The position numbers were made by a program, and so were the translations under genes. DNA of 64,000 nt from Lytechinus pictus. Taxonomy: Eukaryota. Positions within the stretch are counted from its first letter, which is position 1. Every line of letters begins with the position of its first letter. Below, piece after piece: positions 1-14,000 of the stretch. The stretch lies in the NCBI RefSeq assembly GCF_037042905.1, contig NC_087251.1, positions 24,616,001-24,680,000 on the forward strand. Reading direction: 5' to 3'. The notes beneath the pieces are model-generated. The model did no database searches and was not told the DNA's origin. It was given only the letters and a program-made list of their open reading frames with translations.

Positions 1-3000
1 GAAAAGGAAAGGTTCAATTATATCTACACCAGCATGAAAGGCCACAGCCACACCAACGATACCTACTACAGACCAACCAAAGCTATTACAAATGACATAC
101 CATCGGTCGGTTTGGAGTTGGTTTTGCCGGTGTGTCAGACATGAAGCAGCTGGGAAGACACCTCTTGGATGTGGACGTGTACAGCAATCAACAAGCTTCC
201 ATCCAAGCTCATTAATGTCGAGCACCTGAGCATACCAGGGGCCTATCGTAGGAAGGGTTGCAAGTGCACAAAAACTCCAAAATCAACCAATCACAAGCAT
301 GCAGTTGGGACTTGCGTTTCATTTTTTGGGGGGTTGCGTTCAAATGTAACCCTTTCGGCAATGTTCCACAAATCAGCCATCTCTTCCTTCATTATTTTCC
401 ATAAGAAACATTGACACAAATATGTCAAATAAGGAATTCAATCTGTCTCGGTATAACCTAAAATATGATTTAAGAGATTATATTATGCCATGCTATGCAT
501 GTGTATGTCCATCTAGGGCCCCCGATACACATGCATCGGGATTGAAACCCAGCTCTGGCGTCGGCTTTGGCGCTGACAATTTAAAGCTATCTTGAGATCA
601 CTATACCCCCCCTGACATGGTCCAAGGCCAGCAAATGTGTGTCCACAATTACAGTTTCATGTTGCCTATTCACATGACACAAATCACCTGACTTTTCATA
701 TAAACATTTTTATTGTTTTTGCATGGTTCCTTAGTTTGAACTATTGTTCACTGTTTCTAGTTCATTGGTCAAGCTGGACCGAGTCTACTTGAGGGGGACA
801 CAAATACCCATTGCAGGACTGAAGCCCACACCCAGAGATGGACTCAGTCCGAGCAGGCATCGGTCCGGCATTTTCAATAAAGGGGGTGTTACACGGAGTT
901 GAGCAGGCCTCCAACGCCGACCTCAGTCCACTCTCAACGTACATGTATCATCACCCTATAATAATTTGTTGGGCTTTGCATCATTTCCCTGGATGTCTCT
1001 ATCTGTGATGGAAATCCATATATCACATCAATATTTTGGTTCATATCTAGGCCCTGGGTATCACACAAAGATCTGTGATTGATCAAGATTGATCGCAAAT
1101 CAACCAATAGATTAGGAGACTCTTACAGTACACACCCTTGTGGGTGACAAGTTGGGATTAGTCTTTGACAGAGAATAATCCTTTGATTTCCTTAATTGCA
1201 AAAGAGATAAAGTTAAATCGTTGGCAGATGACCACTAAGACTACTTGGACACGATACCGGAGAATTCTCTGATATCATCAAGAAGAAGGAAATAAACTGA
1301 TAAAGAGATTTTTTTCTTTGATGCATATGCCATTGACAATGCTCATCTTCTGCCCGGGGTAGGTGGTAATTCCAGGGACTGCAAGGAGTGGGCATGGGTG
1401 TCTCCAAGGAGCATATCCATGCCATCAAACCTTGCCAATATAGATGGATCAAAATACCTATTACCGGCACCTACCAGAAAATCTTGGGGTGTTCAGGCCA
1501 AGGTGATATATCAAATGAATTATCATATACAGGGAATTCTGTATAATCTGAATGATTTTGAAGATTGAAATGTATATCCTACACTGATAACTGCCATTTT
1601 TCTTCTTCTCTTGCTTTATTTTTCGGGGAGGATTTTTTTTTTTAAAGAAATTTTCGCTTGAGACATTGCTACAATAGGCAAAATTGCTAGAGGGGGGAAG
1701 GGGAGAAGACCTAAAAGAGACAGAAAGACAGACAGAGAGAGTTAGAGAGACAGAGAGAAGAGAGTGAAAAGACAAGATGATATGATAGGTAGGGAAAGGG
1801 TAGAGTTTTAGTCAACAACACATTACTAGCTAATGCTCTATAGGCAGCCAGAAATAGAGCTTTGATCTAATTTAGGGATCTGAAGTCTGGTCTACCTGTT
1901 CAGATTTAAGAGCATTTGGATACATTACCTGACAAGGTAATGGATGATTGGTATATCTACTTACATGGGAGGTATTCAATATGAACTCTTGTAAATACAT
2001 TTAGCACCATGTTTACAAGGAAGCATGAGTTTCCCTTTTTTGGTGTTGTTGTTGTTGGTTATTTAATTTATAATGTAAATATATCCCTACTTCTTTTTGT
2101 GCAAAAATCTAAATTTTGGGGGACATTATAGGAGTGAATCCCCCCTCCCCTGTGTAACACCAATTCTCAATAGAGTCCATTTTACTTCATCCTTTTTTAA
2201 AGCCACAAAAAGTAAGATTAAAGAAATGACAGATATTTGACTTTTGTTACATCATTTATATTCACTGCTAAGAAAAAGCATGAAATTAAGTCAACAATTG
2301 CACTTCAGAATTAGGAATCTTCATCACCATCCTGTGCTCTCAGTGCAGATTAAGAAAGATGATAGAATTACACTTCACTATATTTAGAGGGTGGAGAATA
2401 TACTTCATTTAGTTTACAATGGTCAAGTGCTTTTTACGAGTCACTACACATTGAAGAAAGATACAGGCCATTCGTTTTCCGAGAAGGAGGGGCATTATCA
2501 GGGGAAAATCCTACAAATAAACATGATATAACCATCATAAACATCTATCCCTTTTTGACTAGATGATAAGTTAAGGTGGCTCGCATTAAATTTGTTGCCT
2601 TGTATCGCTGAGATATAGCTCTACTTCAGAAAGGCAGCTATCTCTGCCCTAAAGAACCTAATTAAAGATAGACTTTTTGTCTCGGTAGCTAATATGTGAT
2701 TGGAATGAAATTTGACACCTTGGTTTTGAGGACAGTATACTCTAGCAGAGTATAGTGTTTTGCTATTTAAATCCAACAATCACAGAAAATCATAGCAATT
2801 AAAAAAAACATTACATCAGTCAGAAGTGGAGAAAGAAAAGAATGCAGTGAAAGATAAATGGGGAGTGGTCTTAACGGTTTCGGGATGAGGCAAGAACACC
2901 AAAAACCTAGCATTAAATGGTCCCATTCCACAAATACTTGTAATCAATTGCTCTTGTGCAAAAAACATTTCTGACTGTGGAACTGGTCAGGATTTTGACC

Positions 3001-3118
3001 GAATTAGACTTGCTACAATGATCTTGGTTAGCCATTGCCATTTTTCGATTGATTACAAATCTTTGTATTACCAGGCCATTGGGCAACATGACTTAATCTA
3101 CAGGTTTTGCTTGTTGAT

Positions 3119-3394
3119 CAGGGCCCAGTCTTACAAAGAGTTGCGATTGATCCGATCAATCGCAACAATGGACGGCCAGCAACGTCAACATCTATTATGC
3201 ATGTTTGTTCAAAATATTTTCTAGCTATGATGTATATTCATGCATTCATCGTTTTCTTGAAAATTCACTGCGCTTCTCTTTGGTTACAAAGGACATTGTG
3301 CAAATTTTCTGTAGAAAAAATTAAGACCCTGGTGGATTTCCATATAGTTACAATTGATTGGATCAATCGTTACTCTTTGTAAGACGGGGCCCTG
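3119..3394. mobile_element. MITE related to 48594-48744
   Basis: TIRs CAGGGCCCAGTCTTACAAAGAGT / ACTCTTTGTAAGACGGGGCCCTG. Confidence 0.8.
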
Positions 3395-3566
3395 GTTTGA
3401 TCTGTAATAAATGAATCAAAGAATGAATAATTAATGCAATAATCCATTAAGGGTTACAGCATACAGGAGCGGAAAGGTAGGGAGGGTGGGGGAGTAAAGG
3501 AAATGTGTAAGTTGGGGGAGGGGTTGGAGAGCTGGTATCTATGAAACCTACCCTGTGCAACTTTAC

Positions 3567-3678
3567 TTTCTTCATAGCTACTGGTTGTCATAGACCTATT
3601 CCTCAAAGCCTGGAGCTCTCTTGATATGTTAGACAGTCTGTCCTCTTCTATGACCTCATCTGGCGTTGTATCTGTCGA
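3567..3678 (-). CDS. FEZ2: FEZ/UNC-76 coding exon 4 (alternative donor could extend it to 3552); gene probably continues beyond the left window edge
   Basis: Acceptor tggtttacag; in-frame STDTTPDEVIEEDRLSNISRELQALRNRSMTTSSYEE, ending in SYEE as in FEZ2. Two phase-1 donors: GTAAAG and GTAGGT. Confidence 0.8.
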
Positions 3679-4217
3679 CTGTAAACCAGACGAGATAATT
3701 AAGCAAATCTTAAAATCTCCTCTATTTTTATACTGATAGATTCAATGAACATCATATGTTATTGATACAGCTGGTTTGTGTTGTCAAACTGTATGCATGT
3801 ATCCAGAGAAACAATAACTTGAAACCCTCTGGTACTGAGGATTAATGGCCAAGCGCATGTCACTACATAACAAGAGCACTGCTTACTGTTGAGTTATCCA
3901 ATTCTTACTACATTTCAAAAGATAACATTAGATTTAAATATTATATTGAAATAGGACAATTACCAACATAAATTCTCTCAGAAATTCAGTGTGACTTATC
4001 ATAGAGCTTACAGTTCATTTGCATGTTTACGTTTTGTGATGGACAAATGAAGCTATCCAGAGCAGCGGTGGATCTAGCAGGGTTAGATACATTACATTTT
4101 GTGGGTCATATTAATGGTGGGCCACTCCGAAGTATTGCCTCCAACCCAGATCTAGATCTACCACTGATCAAAACGTCTAAAGTGAACATTGCTACAAAAA
4201 TTCTCTTATTGACTTAC

Positions 4218-4382
4218 CTGGAACATTTCATCAAGTTCTTCAATTACTTCATCTGCAGTGACAACTGGCGTGTCCATATCATCGACGTCGTGATGAGATC
4301 GAGAGGAGAGGATCATGGAATGAAGGTCCAAACTCTGAAGAAGCTCATCATCTTCAGAAAGGTCAAGGTCATCATTATGAGG
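4218..4382 (-). CDS. FEZ2: FEZ/UNC-76 coding exon 3
   Basis: Acceptor ttttttacacag; PHNDDLDLSEDDELLQSLDLHSMIL...PVVTADEVIEELDEMFQ matches the FEZ LDMHSLI...TADQVIEEIEEMMQ motif. Donor GTAAGT, 165 nt, phase 0. Confidence 0.92.
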
Positions 4383-5660
4383 CTGTGTAAAAAATAATAA
4401 TAATAACACAAAGATAATAATTAAAATTTTCAGTTCTTGTAATGTATAGTGGTGCTAAAAAAGTTAGTGAACCCCACCATAAAATGAACATATTTAAAGT
4501 GTTCAAGTTCTGCCATGTTTTGGATATTTGAATTGTGAAGTCAGGTGATAAATATTCCATTCAATGAATTTTGTTTCTCTGGGCTCGCCGAACATTGTAG
4601 AGTTGTTGTCGACATTCAACACTTAGCATGAAGGAGTGCATTTTGTGGTGGGATTCACTTTATTACTTTTGAGCACAACTGTATCTGTATCATGTAGTTC
4701 AAGAGAGTGGACTTCTTATAGTTCTTATAGAAGCATGTTGTTGATATATTTCAGAAATGAAGACAGAACAATTCCCCATCTAAGCACGATTTGAGAGAAC
4801 TTTGATAAACAAATTCAGGAATTTCCTCTATAGATGTACCTGCTCTATGTAGAAAAAAAAGCTGAAATATCTGCTTAATGTGGCCGCTAGTTCTCAGTAC
4901 ACACATGTAGGATTGTGTTTTATCAAAGTAAATTCACCACATCAATAATTGATAAAACTAATAAAAGTCAATGACTATGCACACTGCGGTTCCTAGAAAA
5001 TGAACACTTGCCAGACATAGCAACAAGTCATGAATGCAATGTTAATTGTAAGTATTGTAGTTTATTCACTAGTAAGTGAATGGTGTCATACCCCATCAAT
5101 GCCCCCCTAGAAGAAAACAGTTAAACTACATGTACATCTTCAGATAAGGAGTCTGTTGATCATAAAAACTTCATATCTTCCATAGATCAAATTTAGAGTA
5201 TACCACATTCATCGAATGTCAAATGAAGCTTCACTATTTTGACCTACATACTTGTATAAAATTTTGAAAATTGAGTCCACAAAGTGAGTGAAAAGATGCA
5301 ACAAAACATTTTCATACCTTTCATGCATTATGAGATAGCTTTTTTCTTCTGATCTGTGTATCCAAACCTCCTAGTAAACATTAACAAGGTCTATCAACAA
5401 TCTTTCAGGAGTGAGAAGTATACAACTTGTCAATTACTGATCACTCAAAGATGTGTATTAGCATATTATCTTGTTTCATGCTGTTACATAGATTCAATTG
5501 GTTAACAAAACTTTATTAACAAATAAAATTCTAAATGGCATAGAACTTGTAGGTTGGTATTAATCGATATTGTTCTTTTTACAATCACGCCTAATTGCCT
5601 ATAGTATAAAACCCACATGTATACACTGTATATACCCATATATACATACATATATAAGTT

Positions 5661-5702
<42 letters not shown>

Positions 5703-5711
5703 CCCATATAC

Positions 5712-5886
5712 ACTGGGCGTTGTGGCGTGCCCCTGTAATCCAAGCTGTGGGGAAGTTACAAATTGATAGAGGTTCGGGGTTCGAGCCCTGGTCACGTCTT
5801 TCGGATGGTGACGTTAAAGGTCGGTCCCAGACGTAAATAATCATATCTGATTGATACATGTCTGACAAAACTCAAATACACACACA
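5712..5886 (+). mobile_element. Chimeric SINE with 7SL-like head
   Basis: Head ACTGGGCGTTGTGGCGTGCCCCTGTAATCCAAGCT resembles the 7SL/Alu 5' end. It is followed by a B-box GGTTCGAGCCC, a body and a (CA)n tail. ATATATACCCAT occurs on both flanks. Confidence 0.7.
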
Positions 5887-7361
5887 TATATACCCATTGT
5901 CCTATTTAACACAAGATTCATAATATGCAAAGTATCCATTCATATCATGGATATACGTTCACACAGCTTCATAAATGTACATTATGAAAGCATTATATAC
6001 TACACTTGTCTCAAGCAGAGTCAATACATGTTTTTGTACATATCCAGTGATGCATCCCAAATGTGCATGTATTTCATTCTGACATGTTTGGTTCTTAAAA
6101 GCAATCTCCATTAATGCATGCCCCCTCATTGCTATGCAGACATGGACTCCTCCATGTAGACTCAAAGTTATTGGAGCAATACACGCAAGGCATATAAAAC
6201 CCAACATCCTTTTCCTCAGCAAACATCCCTGGGTCGTGGTGGTGGGGATGACAGCGGAACTTGGGTAAACAACATGCATGATGCATAACATCTTATATCA
6301 CATTCATCCATATAAATCAGCCTCATATTTGCGCAAGAAGGCTGGGATAAATCAGAACTATGGCCTATGCTCAATGCTTTTGACTTCAATTACCTCAGCG
6401 ACATCGATCTCACAAAGCCAGTCACATTAGGGAAAGTCTAAATGATTTTTTTCCAAGAATGGAGGAATACAGCCCGAAATATACATGTATCCCATCCATA
6501 ATCTTTTATCTTTTAAAACCACATGAATTGCCTTGGGTGATATATCATTTCAAAATATAATTTCTTAGACCTTTTTTAACGTGAAGTACAATACCAAGAC
6601 ATGGATTCATTTTCCTGGTATCACACTGCAATTTGATATGCATTTCCATTTTTTAGACACAAAATGACTTTTGTGAAGCAGGTTTTTACACAGCATTGTA
6701 CAGAACTTTGATGATACTGTATATAAAAATAGCCTAAATCTGAGGAGGAAATCATTCCCTCCAGGGAAACAATTCACATTTTCTGTACCTGGATCTATTT
6801 TTTCTGCTTTTCTCTATACTGAAAACTGCTTTGTATTAAAACTGAATACATATTACCGGGGTTATGTTTAAATTTAGAAGGACTATTTCTTACATTCCCA
6901 GCTGTACTATTCTTTGCTCCAATGCCTTTGGGAGCTACGATTTGCATAATTTCCCACAATTTTACATGTGGGTCTGAAGACTCTTGAACTAGTAGTACTA
7001 GTAATGTATCTCCTGAATCCTTTAAATTCATATCAGCGATGAATTTTTCCACTACTCATAAAACCTTCACACCAATCTGGTATCCTATTACAACAATACA
7101 ATAGGGACTCCTATAACCATAGGCGATATCCTTCATAACAATATACCAATCATCTAAATGCAAATTTTCATGGTCATATCCATCAGATGCTATTTATCTA
7201 ATCTGAACAGACTGCACTATAAAATATAGTTCCATCTTCATTCCTTTAAAAAAAGATGGAATAAGAAAAAGCTTCAATGTTTTTATTTCATACACGTTCA
7301 CACCAATATTTTTCTACTCACACAAAATTTGCTTGTACTGAAGCTAAATACCAGAATCGAC

Positions 7362-7633
7362 GTGTTTCTACAGAGAATCGTTAAAAATGGTTGATCTTTT
7401 CCGGAACTGAAAAACCACAGAGCAAATAATCCGATTAACTAACATTCCACGTCGCAAATAAACAGATTAACATGGCAATAACCACCTCCCAAAAGTGGTT
7501 ATGAGAAACCGTATTATGCACGATACGGTGTATCAATAAACCACATCGCGTCTGTTCCTACAGGGAAGTTTTCCGCAATTCTGGATACTTACGCGGGAAA
7601 TACCGTTAAACGATTCTCTGTAGAAACAGGGTG
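7362..7633. mobile_element. MITE
   Basis: TIRs TGTTTCTACAGAGAATCGTT / AACGATTCTCTGTAGAAACA. Confidence 0.7.
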
Positions 7634-9575
7634 GCAAAGGGAATACTGATTCCTAGTTCAAAATGATGACTCAACTTGTTTTCCTGCGACATTTTTTAGT
7701 GCAATATTTTATCATTCAGGTGACAGATCTCGATCAGTACAAATTCACAGCTTTACGCTCTGATACAGGCACACAATATTTTGTATGCGTGCCTGCATGA
7801 TCAAAGGAAACTAGCACTTCTGACCCCAAAACCTTCTAAATATTCTTCCTTAACAAATCTAAGAAATGGGATATCTTGGGCAAATAGATAAGAGAAGGTG
7901 CGAAAGCTTCAGGGCATCAGAAGTACATTCACATGTTTCCATCCAATTCAACATCCCCGGGGGAAGATACACACTTTCTCCAATAAATTCTTCAATCTCA
8001 TGCATTTTGAGTGAGAAATGTCATGGTTCACAAGTCTTCTACACACCTTTGGGTGTCCAATAGTAGGATTCTAAGAAAGGCTGTCTGCAAAAGTGAAATG
8101 GGGGATATTGTGTGTCAGAATTCAATTTATATGGGTTATATTTAGCGGCATACTATGCCATGATAACCTATATGAATGCTGATATGATCTTACGCAAGAG
8201 CTTAAAGAAGAATATAATTGGATCAGATAAGTTTACTTCCTGGAAGTGCTAAAAATATTCTTTAAGAATTCAGATAATTGAGGCAGATCGAGATTGATTT
8301 TTTTTCAGGAAATAAAGTAAAATATTTTTGTTACATTATATCCAGTTTGATAAATCTGGACTCTAAAATGAAAGTATGATCATCAACTTAAAACACTACT
8401 AGTAATTCGATCTCAGTCAAATTAAATCAACTCACTTTATACTTGGTAACAAAAATGTCAATATGAACAGCAATAGAGGTTCATACATGAGGAAGCAATG
8501 ATCAAAGATACATGTAGGCCCAAGTGAGTAGCATTCAGTATACATTGTGAAAATATTAAATTAACCCATAAAACAGAGGTGAATGATTAACTTTATAATT
8601 CATTTGTCTGCCAGTAAACAGGCACAGTCTCAGACACAGTGGCACCACAGCCAAGTTAAAGAGATGGCTGGGTTTTTATAAATGTGAGAAGTAATTTGTG
8701 AACTTCAAACATTTCGTTTAAGGTTCCTCACAAAAGAATATCACAATAATGTCAAATAAAGAAGGAATATTTCTTACCAAAATAACACAATGAAAAAACA
8801 TCCTACAGTTTATATGTAAATTTAGCCCTGGATTTACCTGTATACATGTGTATATCAGTGTAATTTTTTTTAATGTTCTTCTGCTGTGACTATCTACATT
8901 GTCAATGATGTATATATTTTTTAACCAGTACAATCTCCTCTATACACATAAACTTTTACAAATTGATTAAGATAAAATTCTTCTTTTTTTAAATATTCAC
9001 TACAACTTCAGCACTCAAACATATTCTCTTTAAACTAAAGTGAGTACATGTAATGAGAAAGTCAAACCCAATGCAGTCATTTCAGAAGTTTGATGTGTAT
9101 GTAGCTTTCAAATCAGCAAGCAAAAAGGACAGCAAACACTGACGCATAGCGAAGCTACATTAGAAGTTGCTCCAGAGGGCTTTTACATTTATTGGAATTA
9201 AAAATTCATACCTTGGCAATCAAAAGACTCGTACAGTATATAGACTGCCTTGTTTTCATACTTTTCTGTGTATATCATAAATTTAGAATATGCACATTGC
9301 ACTGTAAAAAAAAATCATCCAATTTTTACTATGCCATGTAAAAAAAAAAATATTGAAGCTGTTCCATTTACTCCGTGAAAGCAATTAAAAAACAAGATTT
9401 TTAATTTTAAAAAACTGTAACAAATTATATTTCAAAGGTTCACATGTCACAGGTACAAACATGTAGAACATTTATACCAATTAAATGCTTCCAGCATGTA
9501 AACTTTGATGCTTATATATATTTTTATACATATATGCGGGGGGGGGGGGGGGGAGGGGGCCAGGGGTATACTCAC

Positions 9576-9684
9576 TCTCTTTTCTACCAGTCTGAGAGTA
9601 GGCATGTGCTTCCGTCTTGTGTGTGAGTTCTGCCAATCTAGAGGCATAACCTGTCCTAGCTGATCAGTTACTTGCTTCCATAAT
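9576..9684 (-). CDS. FEZ2: FEZ/UNC-76 coding exon 2
   Basis: Acceptor ttttttcag joins exon 1 in frame: (K)LWKQVTDQLGQVMPLDWQNSHTRRKHMPTLRLVEKR, matching the UNC-76 W..T...G..LP.DW..S.TR..H.PTL motif. Donor GTGAGT, phase 0. Confidence 0.9.
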
Positions 9685-10657
9685 CTGAAAAAATAGAGGG
9701 GGAAAATAAAACAAGTTGAAGAATTAATAGATTATATTACTGATTAAAATAAATGTACATTTTTTTTTCCTAATAGTGAGTTCATGAAGGTAATGCAATG
9801 TAATATTGCATAACCCCTCTCAAGTCTATCACAATTAACTACAGCTTTTGTAGTTTTATGTACGGTTATTAAATATATTTCTCTCTTCATGAACATTCAG
9901 ATTTTTTCTCCTCAAACTTAACGTGATTAAGCATCTATTTTCTTTCATACAACCCTTTATAAGGAATCACTATCTGAGAAAGAGGTAATTTATGTAAAAA
10001 CATTTTTTATGTTCTATTGGTTCAGATTTCTTATATCATGTAATGACTAATGGAGCATAAGGTTTTTTGTTGAAGCCTGAGCAAATCTCAGGCCATATAA
10101 CATTTGGAGATCATAGGAGGTAAATGCGATAAAAAATGATGAGCTGTACTTTCCCACCTCACTGGGAAAACATACATGTTTATTCATGTGAATCCCTAAT
10201 ACCTCATGACCTTTTACCAATGACTGGTGTCCAATATATTTCTATATGAAAATACCTGCTATTGTGTTAAATACAGAAATAAGATAAGATTTTTTTTCAA
10301 TAACTCACTTCATGGTCTTATAGTGACAAGATTTTGTCCCATTCTGCCATATGTGGCTCAACTGTATTCCATAGGGGCACATCAATCATGGCCATCTTTG
10401 GAACAGCGTTGCATTGCATTTGATATCATAATTCATATATTTCACAGCCTGGATATCAGAATTATTAAATGATTTTTTTTCTCATATTTAATTTTTGACC
10501 CAGGCCTAATCATATTTTTTTACTTCCACCACCTATTTTCATCTATAATTTCTAGGGAATTGCAAACTGTCATTCATCATTTTGATCATCAGCACCACTG
10601 CCACTACCTCCTATGCTATTCACTATCCACTTCCCCTTCCTCATTACCATTCTCTTC

Positions 10658-11021
10658 CTGGAGCCCGTTTCACACGGAGTTACAACTGTTGTAACTTTGA
10701 CATTATGGCAACTACCATGGCAACAGGGCTCAGCAGCCAATCAAAAATGAAGGTTACCATGGTAGTTGCCATAATGGCAAAGTTACAACAATTGCAACTC
10801 TTTATGAAAAAGGGGGGGGGATCATTATCCTCACTATGGTCAGTAGCTTCATGCAAAGCAGGGCCCCGCTTCATAAAGGACCTGCAACTGTTGTAACTTT
10901 GCCATTATGGCAACTACCATGGAAAACGTTATTATGATTGGCTGCTGAGCCCTGTTACCATGGTAGTTGCCATTGTCGCAAAGTTGCAACAGTTGCAAGT
11001 CCTTTATGAAACAGGTCCCAG
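10658..11021. mobile_element. Two adjacent related palindromic MITEs (about 10658-10820 and 10859-11021)
   Basis: Each is a near-full inverted repeat (ACAACTGTTGTAACTTTG..ATGGCAACTACCATGG / CCATGGTAGTTGCCAT..CAAAGTT). Confidence 0.8.
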
Positions 11022-14000
11022 GTGTTTGGCTGGTGTGTAATCAGACCAATTTTGCTCTTAGATCATGTGGGGTTTTTTTTCTGGAGAACAAACACCTCAA
11101 TATATTTTTTGTTTGTTTTGAAATGTGGTTTGTGCGGTTATGCATACTACTCTGAAACAACACTTCGCCAGTCAAAAATATATTTTATACGATCATAAGC
11201 CTCGTCTAATATATTTCAGAGATGGAAAGAGACATGAGTAAATTGAGTATCAATAATGCATTAAGCTCATCTTATATATGGAAACATGTATCTTAATTCA
11301 TTTGAATTAAAGACACCTACAAGCCTACCAAGAGACCGTGATCCTAAATTGACTGCAAATGTGTCAACTCCGTTAAGTCCTCCAGCTACCAGTACTATGT
11401 GAATACGTAATACGATTATACTAATACAATACATAATTCAATTGACCGGTATGCATCCTCATTGAAAATCGTGGCTGGGTTGATATTCAGAATAACGACA
11501 ATGGCCATCAGAATCCATCAAAGCTATAAAGCACCAAGAGATAGTGAAAAGACCTCTATATAGCTCATTACTGATTAATGTCCTTTGGAACTTATGAAGA
11601 TACTACACTACAGGGACTGCATGCCAAGAAGACTTAAGAGCCCATCAACGGATCACAAGATCAACATCAATGCTTTATAACTTGCTCTTCCCAACCTGAC
11701 ATTTAGAGTGTGGAGTACCCCAAGGCTCTTCTGTGTACATTCAATGGAAGATGCCCTGAATGGGATGGGATCCATGAGCATTTATTGCAATGGAAACTAA
11801 AATGGAATCAATTATTAAAATGGAAACTATAAAAAGAAAAGGTGTGTATGATAGGAGAGAGAGAGAGGGGAAGAGAGGGGGAGAAGGACAGAGAGATGAT
11901 GATGAATATAGCATACAAAATAAAATAGAACCGTTGACATTTCAACCAATCGTTAACACATGCCACACTAGTGAATGCTATCACTTTTTTTTTCAATTGT
12001 TGTATTTTGTGAAAATTTGAGGGGGCTGAGTTTGAGATATCATGCACTGTCATGAGTTATTTGCAAGCGATCAATCCAAGCAAGCTAAAAAATGTATAAT
12101 CTTGAAATTCATGATCATTTTGTTATAAATTTGTATCGGCCAGATATTCTGAGAACTGAGAATCTTTATAACTTAAAGGTATAGTGTATGATTGGTTCAT
12201 ATCAGACAAGGGCAGTGAATCAATTGTGAATATATTTTTTTCATTAAATATCTATATCAATGCTCTACTTTAGCACTCAACAGAAATTGGTATAACTCTT
12301 CTGTTTTGGTGATATTGAGGGGTGAAATATATATTATAGGGATCGGTTAACCTATTCAATTTGTTTCCGCCCTCTCGAGTTAGAAAATAAATTGATATTA
12401 GAACGCCGTTTGATTCATGCATATTCATTATAACATCGTGGATATTCATAAATACGTCATGGCGCATGCGCATTATCGACGAATGCTAAACGCGTAGCGA
12501 GAGCAGGGTGGAAGTCATGCACCGGACGCTGCATGCACAATGCGCCGATGGTTAGGCGGCCACTGGCTGCTGATACTGAAGTCCACCTCCTGGACTGCCG
12601 AACACACAACACACTACATCCCCATAACATGCATACACACACCCCTGAATAGCCGGGGAAAGTAAATCAATGGGTAAAGTGAATCACTGTGTTAGTTGAA
12701 TCACTGGGGGTAAGTGAATCAGTGGAGGGCGTGTGTGTATTCGTTGTGTGTGCGGGCGGGGGTACGGTTCGATAGGGTTTAAAATCGTCCTGCAGCACAT
12801 ACACACTGTATATATACCAAAGACATACGAGCATGCCCTACATGAAACTTCAGACACGTTGATGAGCGGACGTGAATGACTACGCAATACGGCTTACTGT
12901 CGGGATTGTATGTCATGAATCTGAATGTACTCCAAAGACTAAAAGAGATACGAGGAATCCCGGAGAAGGCAAGGGCCGAGTTTGATTTTTTTTAATGTCG
13001 GATCGTAGCTCTTTATGCACCCTTTCAGTTCCCTCCACATAGCTTGGCGTACTAGGTACGGGAAATCGGTCTCAGAGCGAGGCGATAGCTTACTATACTG
13101 ACTCCATGGCCCTCCCCAAAGGGAAGAGGGAGGGAGGAGAGAGAAGAAAGAAAGAAGTGGATCGGTGAAGGAGAATAGGGAGAACGATCAAAAAAAGAAT
13201 GTGAACACAACATACCCTAATTTTTTGTATATTTTTAAATCGTTGATCTTTCCTAAAATCATGATATCATATATTCTATAGCGTTTCAGTCAGTTTCAGA
13301 TTATTTGGCTCCACACACCAATTACAGAGGAAAAGTTTGATAAAAAGCTAAATTAAAAGTGGTTTAAAACTCTAAATAGCAACCACCCCCATTCTGTCTA
13401 GGGCCGAGTATGAAGAAAGGGAAGGGCGAAGAGAAAAACAATTTTCAGGGCGGGAAACAGAATAATAAAACATAAAAGGAAGATAAATCAAGTTGATAGG
13501 ACAATGAGGACACACATTATTGACATGAAAGTAGGTGCAATGCAACACAACTTGATTATTATTCGTTTGTTTAGACTGAACTTGCGAGGTCAAAAGGTGA
13601 GCGGAGAAACCCGTTGATGCAAAGTATGTACGTAGCGTAGTCTACATCATGTAGACCTTTGTAGTGTGTGTATGCGACCAATGCAGTTGCAAATTTCGAA
13701 TAAAGTGTTATTTGGTCAATCTTTACACGAGTCATGAGAAAAAAAATAAAATTAAAAAATTAAAAAAAACCGGGGGGCAGACGTAATGGGCAAGATTTCT
13801 CGGAAAACTCTTATTCTTGCAGCCACCCAAGATACCTAGATATGGAATAAGGAGAAGTTGAGTATATTCAATATTGCACGGCGCTATGATCTACGGTAGA
13901 ACCACTCTATATACGTATGCAGAGGGGTGAATTTCAGTGCAGAGCCGATCAAGGGGGCGACCAGCATGTTTTACAACAGAACTTTACAAGTCACGCAGTG

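Noticed and set aside
1..3500. Further FEZ coiled-coil exons
   Set aside because: No LAxRDELEFEKE-like sequence found by eye; probably outside the window.
6795..7052. 85-aa ORF as an extra FEZ exon
   Set aside because: No recognisable homology; exons 2 and 3 already join in phase.
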